Shown here piece by piece: positions 26,132 to 33,549 of a stretch of 35,221 bases of DNA. The stretch lies in sequence record SRR31156797_927. One strand, given 5' to 3'. The translations under genes and the position numbers were made by a program. Under the pieces are notes generated by a model. It was not told the DNA's origin, searched no databases, and saw only the letters and a list, made by a program, of their open reading frames with translations. The stretch's first letter is position 1; every line of letters starts with the position of its first letter.

Positions 26132-27964
26132 ATGACCACACCCAAATACGATCCGGTTCTCATTGAAGGCTGCGATACCATTGTAAAGCTTTTTAGACAC
26201 AGGGTTCGGCAGTTGGGCAATAAAATCGCCATGAGGGAGAAGAACTACGGTATATGGGAATCTTTCTCTTGGGCCGATTACGGCCACAAAGCCAGGGAAA
26301 TCGGCATGGGGCTCCTTGCATCGGGACTAAACCGGGGAGATGTCTGCTCAATTGTCAGTGATAATAAAAAGGAATGGTTGTTTACCGATATGGGTATCCT
26401 TTGCAGCGGCGGCGTCACAAGCGGGATCTATACCACTGATTCGAGTAAACAACTGGAATATCTGGTAACGGATTCCAAAACCCGGTTTTTATTTGTTGAA
26501 AACGAAGAACAGCTGGATAAATACTTGAAAGTAAGAGGGAATACTCCGACTATTATCAAAGTGATCGTATTTGATCCTGAAGGTTTGCATGAATTTTCAG
26601 ATGATCAAGTCATGATGATGGAAGACTTGTATGAATTGGGGCGAAACCATTTGAAGAATAATCCCAAACTCTGGGACAGGGAAATCGACAAAGCAGAACC
26701 GGAAGATCTCATGGTGCTCATCTACACCTCCGGCACCACCGGCCCGCCCAAAGGGGCCATGATCAGTCACCTCAATAGCATGTACCAGATTGAAGTATTC
26801 GACAAAATACTTGAAATTAATGATAAAGATGAGCAGCTTTCCTTTTTGCCCCTTTGCCACATCCTGGAAAGGCTCCTCACCATACTGGTACCGTTGAAAT
26901 CGTGCGGTACCGTCAATTTTGTGGAAGGGCCCGATACGGTTCCGGAAAATATCAGGGAATTGTCGCCCACCACATTTATAGCCGTTCCGAGAATCTGGGA
27001 AAAATTTTACGCGGCCGTTGCGCTTCAAGTGAAAGATGCCACCCGTTTTGGGAAATGGGCGTATCATACGGCTCTAAAGATAGGCACACGGGCTTCTTCC
27101 TATAAAATCGAGAGAAAACCGATCCCGCCGTTTTTATCCCTTGTTTATTGGATCGCCAAAAAAACAGTCTTGGATAATATCCTGCGCATGATGGGACTGG
27201 ACAGGCTTAGATGGGCCGGGACGGGTGCTGCGCCCATTTCACCCGATCTAATCGGATGGTACCTCTCCATGGGTGTGGAAATGTTTGAAGCGTATGGCCA
27301 GACGGAGTGCTGCGGCGTTGCCACGGCAAATATCATCGGAAACTCAAAACTGGGTACCGTGGGTCAGGCAATCCCCGGTACCCACGTCAAGCTTTCCCCG
27401 GAAGGGGAGATCCTCATCAGAAGCCCCAGCGTGTTCTTAGGTTATTTGAACCAACCCCGAAAGACCGCGGAGACCCTTCTTGACGGATGGTTGCACTCGG
27501 GAGATGTGGGAAAAATGGATAATGAGGGGTTTGTCACCATTACGGACCGTTTGAAAGACATTATCATTACGGCCGGTGGAAAAAACATCTCCCCCAGTGA
27601 GATTGAGAACCAATTGAAGTTTTCACCCTATATCACCGATGCCGTTGTTATCGGCGATAAGAGAAAGTACTTAACTTGCCTTATTATGATTGACCGGGAA
27701 AATGTTGAAAAGCATGCGCAGGACAACGATGTCCCATACACCAATTATGCCAGTTTATGCAAAGCCAAGGAGATAACGGAACTCATTTGGGAGGAAACGG
27801 CAAAAGTAAACGGACGATTCGCGCGGGTGGAACAAATCAAGAAAATACGATTGATTGATCAACTATTAACCGCGGAAGATGACGAACTCACCCCCACCAT
27901 GAAACTGAAGCGAAAATTTGTGAATCAAAAATATGAGGATTTAATCGTGTCAATGTACCCATAA
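26132..27964 (+). CDS. Long-chain fatty acid-CoA ligase (AMP-dependent synthetase)
   Basis: YTSGTTGPPKG; LSFLPLCHI.ER; VPRIWEK; YGQTE; DRLKDIIITAGGKNISP; ELTPTMKLKR. Confidence 0.94.
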   Translation: MTTPKYDPVLIEGCDTIVKLFRHRVRQLGNKIAMREKNYGIWESFSWADYGHKAREIGMGLLASGLNRGDVCSIVSDNKKEWLFTDMGILCSGGVTSGIYTTDSSKQLEYLVTDSKTRFLFVENEEQLDKYLKVRGNTPTIIKVIVFDPEGLHEFSDDQVMMMEDLYELGRNHLKNNPKLWDREIDKAEPEDLMVLIYTSGTTGPPKGAMISHLNSMYQIEVFDKILEINDKDEQLSFLPLCHILERLLTILVPLKSCGTVNFVEGPDTVPENIRELSPTTFIAVPRIWEKFYAAVALQVKDATRFGKWAYHTALKIGTRASSYKIERKPIPPFLSLVYWIAKKTVLDNILRMMGLDRLRWAGTGAAPISPDLIGWYLSMGVEMFEAYGQTECCGVATANIIGNSKLGTVGQAIPGTHVKLSPEGEILIRSPSVFLGYLNQPRKTAETLLDGWLHSGDVGKMDNEGFVTITDRLKDIIITAGGKNISPSEIENQLKFSPYITDAVVIGDKRKYLTCLIMIDRENVEKHAQDNDVPYTNYASLCKAKEITELIWEETAKVNGRFARVEQIKKIRLIDQLLTAEDDELTPTMKLKRKFVNQKYEDLIVSMYP

Positions 27965-27984
27965 TAAGAGAGAAGGAGGAGAAA

Positions 27985-29169
27985 ATGAAAGGGAGAAAAC
28001 TTTTTAAAATGTTCCTGTGTGTGGTGACGCTGCTGGCTTTTGTTGTTGCGGTTCAAGCGGAAACCCGGGGGGTTACAAAAAACCGGATCGTCGTGGGAAC
28101 CCATACGGCTTTGAGCGGACCCGTTGCCGGTTGGGGCATTGACGCCACCAACGGGGTTAGAATGCGTTTCGATGAAGCCAACGAAGCCGGAGGGATTTAT
28201 GGACGCAAGATTAAATATATTGTGGAGGATTCCCAATACAGAGTACCCATTGCCGTTCAAAAAGCCAACAAACTGGTAAATCGGGACAAAGCCTTTTTTC
28301 TCATTGCAAGCATCGGAACCCCCATGAACAACGCCATTTTCCCCATGTTGGAGAAGAAAGACGTACCCAACCTCTTTCCTTATACGGCGGCACGATCCAT
28401 GTACGAACCCCTTAACAAACTAAAATTTGCCAACCTGGCACCGTACTACGGTAATGTCAGGGCTGGATTGAAGTACTTTGTGGAAGAAAAAGGGAAGAAA
28501 CGTGTTTGTATGATGTATCAGGATACCGATTTTGGCCTTGAAACCGCCCAAGGGGTAAAAGATCAGTTAAAAGAAATGAATATGGAGCTGGTTGCGGAAA
28601 CAACCCACAAGGCATCGGAAACCAATTTTGTCGGAGCCATTACCAAATTGAGGGACGCAAAATGTGATGTGGTCATGTTGGGGACCATCATCAAGGATAC
28701 GATTATCGCCGTATCAACGGCCCGGAAAATGGGATGGGATGTGGATATGGTCGGGCAGACCGCCGCCTGCAACTATGTCATTCCCCTGAAAGGGAAAAAA
28801 GGCGTCGAAGGGTTGTACGCCATCACGTCAATCCCCATCATGTATGAAGACCAGGCAACCGGAAAAGCAAAAGCATTTTTCGAAAACTATAAAAAGCGAT
28901 TCGGCAAAACGCCCTCCGAAGTGGCGCAACAGGGGTATTTCAGCGCGGATCTTGCCGTGATCGCCCTTAAAAAAGCGGGAAAGGATCTGACGGTGGATAG
29001 CTTTATCAAAGCCCTTGAAAGCATTGAAGGATATCAGCATCCTTTCGGCGGACCCGTTGTCGGTTTCGGACCCAAAAAGCACCTGGGGTCCAATGAATCC
29101 ATATTACTTCAGGTCAAAAAAGGAAAATGGGTTTCTCCAACCGGGAAAAAACAGGTCTTGGATTACTAA
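27985..29169 (+). CDS. LivJ/K-type ABC substrate-binding protein
   Basis: Signal peptide; RGVT..RIVVG...LSGP; NEAGGIYGRKI...ED; YQDTDFG. Confidence 0.92.
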   Translation: MKGRKLFKMFLCVVTLLAFVVAVQAETRGVTKNRIVVGTHTALSGPVAGWGIDATNGVRMRFDEANEAGGIYGRKIKYIVEDSQYRVPIAVQKANKLVNRDKAFFLIASIGTPMNNAIFPMLEKKDVPNLFPYTAARSMYEPLNKLKFANLAPYYGNVRAGLKYFVEEKGKKRVCMMYQDTDFGLETAQGVKDQLKEMNMELVAETTHKASETNFVGAITKLRDAKCDVVMLGTIIKDTIIAVSTARKMGWDVDMVGQTAACNYVIPLKGKKGVEGLYAITSIPIMYEDQATGKAKAFFENYKKRFGKTPSEVAQQGYFSADLAVIALKKAGKDLTVDSFIKALESIEGYQHPFGGPVVGFGPKKHLGSNESILLQVKKGKWVSPTGKKQVLDY

Positions 29170-29212
29170 CCCAAATTTTTATGGGTTTGTTCTGAATGGA
29201 TATACTCAAAAT

Positions 29213-29243
29213 GCCTGATCCCCCCAATTATGGGGGATCAGGC
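29213..29243 (+). terminator. Strong hairpin after the ABC operon (probable terminator, possibly bidirectional)
   Basis: GCCTGATCCCCC-CAATTAT-GGGGGATCAGGC, perfect 12-bp stem; U-tract weak on plus, ATTTT on minus. Confidence 0.65.
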
Positions 29244-29382
29244 TGTCTCAGGTAATCATCATGTCATATGCGGATCGAAATAATCCCTACACCTGATTTA
29301 CCAGAACCCAGTCCGCATCTGCCGGCAGTGGGACAATTTCTGCGACGGGCTTTTCCATGCTTACCGGGACTTGGCGAAAAGT

Positions 29383-29414
29383 GAGGTCGCAAGTTCGAGC
29401 CCCGCCGGTTCCGC
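29383..29414 (+). pseudogene. Degenerate tRNA 3' fragment (tRNA-Asp-like), possible att scar
   Basis: GAGGTC-GCAAG-TTCGAGC-CCCGC-CGGTTCC-G: variable loop, T-arm (2 mismatches), 3' acceptor strand and G discriminator; no 5' half and no CCA. Confidence 0.55.
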
Positions 29415-29553
29415 TTTAGTGTAAGTTGGCTAATATCTGTTTTTATATTGACAACTTCTGTTTTTGACGTCAAAATATTATCTTTTTAGGGAAACCTCTG
29501 GCTCCCTTGCCCCCTACATCCTTTTTCCGTTCCTGTCCCGGAGGCCGGAAATC

Positions 29554-30747
29554 ATGAAAAATGAGAAACCCGATTGTGCAACACCAATCCATCGCGAAAG
29601 GTCCCAATCGCAACTGAATTGCAGCGCGGCGTTGGAGGCCGTCAACAAACGGCTGCGGGAAGTCCTTAAAGAGAAAAACCGGATTGCAGAGGCGTTGCGG
29701 GTGAGTGAAACTCGATATCGGTCCCTGGTGGAATGCACTGATGATTTCATCTACCTGGTGAACAGGAAAGGTGAATATCTCTTCATGAACAGCAGACACA
29801 GGTCCCTGTATGGTTTGTCGCCGGATGAGGTGATGGGCAGGCGTTATGGCGAATTTCATGATGAAAAGGAAACCTCCGCTTTTATGGATCGGATCCGTCA
29901 GGTGTTCGAAATCAAGAGTTCCCTGGTCCAGGAACACCATAGCAAGGGGCGGTATTACCTCCTTACCTTGAGCCCTGTCATAAGAACTGACGGCAGGGTC
30001 AGGGCCGTCACCGTGGTGTCAAAAGAAATAACGGATCAAAAAAACCTGGAAAAGGCCCTGGTGAAAAGCAATGAGAAACTGCGGCGAGAACAGAACCGGA
30101 GAATTGCCCTGTCCAAAAGGCTCATCGATATTCTGGAAGAGGAGCGGCATCGGATCGTCAGGGATCTTCACGACCAGGTGGGTCAAGTTCTCACTTCCCT
30201 GAAAATCGATCTGGAAATCATTTACCCCGAAATCCATACGGGGCATCCGGCGCTTTCGGAAAAAATCGTGGATGTCACCGGAAAAGCAAGCCGCGTTTTG
30301 AGCGATATTAAAGCCATTTCCAATCAGTTGCGCCCGGCTATCCTGGATGCTTTCGGCCTGGAGCAGTCTCTAATGCAGCTTCTGAAGGAATTGGAGCAAA
30401 AAGGGGTGGAAACCCGGTTTTTCCAAAGGGATGTACCGAAACGTTTTCACCCCGAAAAGGAATTGGCCCTCTACCGAATCGCCCAGGAGAGCATCCACAA
30501 TATCATGAAGCATGCGGGAGCTCTTAAGGTCCATGTGAACCTCACCAGGAAAAATGAAACGCTCTACCTGAGCGTGGAAGATAACGGCGCCGGTTTCAAT
30601 CCCGAAAAATTGTTGAAATCCGTCGATGGCAAAGGCCCTCTGGGCCTCCTTATTATGCAGGAGCGGGCCTTTCAACAGGGGGGTGGGCTGACCATCGATT
30701 CGGCGGAGGGCAAGGGGACGCATCTCCTTGCGGAAATTCCCCTATGA
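29554..30747 (+). CDS. Cytoplasmic PAS sensor histidine kinase (HisKA_3, NarX/UhpB class)
   Basis: GGAGG RBS before ATG 29554; PAS (YRSLVE..DDFIY..N); RDLHDQVGQ H-box; YRIAQESIHNIMKHA; EDNGAGF; LGLLIMQER; no transmembrane segments. Confidence 0.93.
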   Translation: MKNEKPDCATPIHRERSQSQLNCSAALEAVNKRLREVLKEKNRIAEALRVSETRYRSLVECTDDFIYLVNRKGEYLFMNSRHRSLYGLSPDEVMGRRYGEFHDEKETSAFMDRIRQVFEIKSSLVQEHHSKGRYYLLTLSPVIRTDGRVRAVTVVSKEITDQKNLEKALVKSNEKLRREQNRRIALSKRLIDILEEERHRIVRDLHDQVGQVLTSLKIDLEIIYPEIHTGHPALSEKIVDVTGKASRVLSDIKAISNQLRPAILDAFGLEQSLMQLLKELEQKGVETRFFQRDVPKRFHPEKELALYRIAQESIHNIMKHAGALKVHVNLTRKNETLYLSVEDNGAGFNPEKLLKSVDGKGPLGLLIMQERAFQQGGGLTIDSAEGKGTHLLAEIPL

Positions 30748-30757
30748 AATATTGCCC

Positions 30758-31450
30758 ATGGAAAGAAAGGACCCTCACCCGATGACCGATGGCCAACATC
30801 CGAAATCGAAGATCCTGCTCGTGGACGATCACCGGGTGGTGATTGAGGGGATTCGCAGCGCCCTTGAGGGCCAAGCCACATTCCAGGTGGTGGGAGAAGC
30901 CTTTGACGGACTGCAGGCCGTTGAAATGGTAAGGGAATTGAAACCGGACATGGTCATCATGGACATCGCCATGCCCCGCCTGAACGGCATTGAGGCCACA
31001 CGAAAAATAAAGGAAATAGCGCCCCATACCCGGATTATCGTCTTCACCATGTTTTCGGATAAGGAATATGTGGTGGCCCTCTTCAAGGAAGGCATCTCTG
31101 CCTTTGTCCTGAAGGAGGACCCGCTCTCCGAACTCATTCTCGCGTTAAAGGCCGTACAGGGATGCGGCACCTATTTCAGCACCAAGGCCCCCACCATCCT
31201 GGCGAGGCACATGGAAACGCTGGAAAAAATGACGAAAGACAAAGATCCCTATCAGAACCTCAGCCGACGGGAGAAGGAAGTTTTTCTGCTTCTGGCCCGG
31301 GGAAAAGGTGTTAAAGTCATCGCCGAAGCGCTTTTTATCAGTCCCAAGACGGCTGAAACCCATCGGTACAATATCATGCAGAAGCTTGATGCGGCTTCAG
31401 TGGTGGACCTGACCCGGATCGCCATCCGAAGAAAACTGTTTGAGGCGTAG
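30758..31450 (+). CDS. NarL/LuxR-family response regulator (start 30758 or 30782)
   Basis: ILLVDDH; MDIAMP.LNG; LSRREKEV; IAEALFISPKTAETHRYNIMQKL. Confidence 0.94.
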   Translation: MERKDPHPMTDGQHPKSKILLVDDHRVVIEGIRSALEGQATFQVVGEAFDGLQAVEMVRELKPDMVIMDIAMPRLNGIEATRKIKEIAPHTRIIVFTMFSDKEYVVALFKEGISAFVLKEDPLSELILALKAVQGCGTYFSTKAPTILARHMETLEKMTKDKDPYQNLSRREKEVFLLLARGKGVKVIAEALFISPKTAETHRYNIMQKLDAASVVDLTRIAIRRKLFEA

Positions 31451-31466
31451 TGGGTTCTTGTCCCGG

Positions 31467-31746
31467 TCAGGAAAAACCTGAGAAATGGATCAGGATTTTC
31501 CTGATGGATTTTTCCAATGCCTAAACCCCATCATTTGGCATGAGCGATCCGTTGGCCGCCATATCTGGGCGCAAAGCACACCCGAGCGGGATGGTGTCGT
31601 TTCCGTTTCCACAATTCATTCTCATCCGTTCAAAAAAATCCCCAATACATTCAAACTGTTAATCTTTGACCCCGCCCCTTCAGGAAAACCGCGTTTCAAC
31701 GGTCTTTTTTCAGGAATTCCCCGATGATTTTTCAGGGTTCCCCCGA
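31467..31746. promoter_or_regulatory. Cluster of TCAGG-N5-CCTGA palindromic boxes
   Basis: TCAGGAAAAACCTGA 31467; TCAGGATTTTCCTGA 31490; TCAGGAAAACCGCGT 31680; TCAGGAATTCCCCGA 31710; TCAGGGTTCCCCCGA 31732. Confidence 0.75.
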
Positions 31747-31851
31747 TATACAACCGGTTTCCGGAAGTGGTACAAATAAATCAACGCAAGGAAAACGCCG
31801 GTCCACGGGCCGGCATCCCTATTCCCCCGCTGGACCCAAAAGGAGGGTGCC

Positions 31852-32316
31852 ATGATTTCGAAAAAAATTCTGCTGCCTTACGAATTTACTTCTTTCAACA
31901 GGAAGGCCTTGGATTTTGTTGCCCAGACTTTCGGAAAACAGCCGGAAATCCGGGTGACCTTGTTCCACGCCCATACACCGTTGCCGGAGGTTGATTTGAC
32001 GGCAAACCCCGAGATGCGCAAACTGCGGTCGCCCATGACCTCCCTTACACGGGAATTAAAGGAAAAAGAGGCCGGGCTGCGCGCCGTAATGGGAGATCTC
32101 GTGCAAATGGGGTTTCATGGGGAGCAGTTGGATTGTGTCTTTCAAAAAAGAGAGAAAGGTGTGTCGGATGCTATTGTGCAGATGGTAAAAAAGGGAAACT
32201 ACCAGATCGTTGTACTCACCCGGACGCCTTTCAAGGTCTTCCGGCTGTTCGGTCGCAGCGTGAGCAGCAGGGTGATTACGGCACTGGAGAATGTTACGGT
32301 TTGCCTTGTGTTGTAA
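31852..32316 (+). CDS. Universal stress protein (UspA-like)
   Basis: KKILLPY......KALDF; VTLFHA; DAIV..VKKGNYQIVV; FGRSVSSRVI....VTVCLV. Confidence 0.8.
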   Translation: MISKKILLPYEFTSFNRKALDFVAQTFGKQPEIRVTLFHAHTPLPEVDLTANPEMRKLRSPMTSLTRELKEKEAGLRAVMGDLVQMGFHGEQLDCVFQKREKGVSDAIVQMVKKGNYQIVVLTRTPFKVFRLFGRSVSSRVITALENVTVCLVL

Positions 32317-32377
32317 CGGCCCCGGAAAAATAAATGCCACATAATCCATTCGATCCGATCATAAGGAGGACCGCGTT

Positions 32378-32938
32378 ATGACCAGCGATACAAAAATCAG
32401 CATTGAGGCCTTTAAGACCGTGACCAAAGCGATCGCATATTCCCAGAACCTGGACCAGATGACCAATCAGCTGGCGCAACTGCTGGTGGGGGCTTTGGAA
32501 ATCAAGGCCTGTTCCATTCTGGTCTTTGATCTTGAGACCCGCAATCTGGGGAGGTTGGCCAGCTATGGTCTGAGTACCCCGTATCTGACAAAGGGCCCCC
32601 TCTTGGGCGACAAGAGCACCGCGGCGAATCTGAAGGGTGAATCCGTGATCATCAATGATGTTCAGAACGATAGCCGGATACAGTACCCGGATGACGCGGA
32701 AAAAGAGGGCATTGCGTCCCTTGTTTCCATCCCCATTGTCGTATCGGGGGATATCCTGGGCGCCCTGCGGTTGTATCACCGGGAGATTTGGGAGATCTCT
32801 GAACAGGATTTGGACTCCCTTCAACTTCTGGCTGTTTTCATCGGGCTGGCCATGACCCATGTGAGTCTCGTTGGGGCCGTTGTCGCCATTGAAGAGGTGA
32901 TTCACACCGGATTGCCCAGAAGCGTCTTATCCCGATAA
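32378..32938 (+). CDS. Stand-alone GAF domain protein
   Basis: KACSILVFD; ASYGLS..YL.KG; INDVQNDSR; EGIASLVSIPI; ILGALRLY; DLDSLQLLA; AAGGAGG RBS. Confidence 0.88.
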   Translation: MTSDTKISIEAFKTVTKAIAYSQNLDQMTNQLAQLLVGALEIKACSILVFDLETRNLGRLASYGLSTPYLTKGPLLGDKSTAANLKGESVIINDVQNDSRIQYPDDAEKEGIASLVSIPIVVSGDILGALRLYHREIWEISEQDLDSLQLLAVFIGLAMTHVSLVGAVVAIEEVIHTGLPRSVLSR

Positions 32939-33026
32939 AACTGTCCCTCATAAGCTTTCAAATATGGGATACGATCCGAAAAGTTTCGGTGGGCGCCGAT
33001 TCTTTCTCGATTGGGGAGAGAATAAA

Positions 33027-33503
33027 ATGAAAGAATCGATTCTGGTTGTGGATGCTGATTCCGATATTTTCGGAATCATTGAGAAGGTCCTCACCCGGGA
33101 TGGGTATCGCGTCACGTGCACCGACCGGGGTGAAAAAGCCCTTAAAATGCTTCAATCGAAATCCTTTGCCGTTGTCATCACGGATATTCGAATCCCCGAT
33201 ATCCCCGGTTTGGTGTTTTTGAAGCGGATTAAACAAACGGATGACGATGTGGAAATCATCGTTCTGACCGGTTTTCTCACCTTTCAGAATGTCATCGGAG
33301 CGCTGAGGGATGGTGGGGCCGCTGATTATCTCGTGAAGCCCCTGAAGCATATGGATGAGCTTTTGGATTCCGTTAAAAAAGGGTGCCGAAAACGAAACCT
33401 GCGAAAAGAACAACAGACCGTTGAAAAAGAGATGAAATTGCGCAACCTCGGACTTGAAATGGAAATAGCACGTTTAAGACAACGCGACAGGTCATTGGAC
33501 TGA
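33027..33503 (+). CDS. Receiver-domain response regulator with a short coiled-coil tail
   Basis: GGAG RBS before ATG 33027; ILVVDAD; VITDIRIP; IVLTG; DYLVKP. Confidence 0.88.
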   Translation: MKESILVVDADSDIFGIIEKVLTRDGYRVTCTDRGEKALKMLQSKSFAVVITDIRIPDIPGLVFLKRIKQTDDDVEIIVLTGFLTFQNVIGALRDGGAADYLVKPLKHMDELLDSVKKGCRKRNLRKEQQTVEKEMKLRNLGLEMEIARLRQRDRSLD

Positions 33504-33549
33504 TCAGGTGAATACTAAAATTCTTCGGGTCGATTATGGAGGAGGAAAC

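Noticed and set aside
31467-31746. CRISPR array or IS ends
   Set aside because: Units are 15 bp, irregularly spaced and degenerate; no cas or transposase genes.
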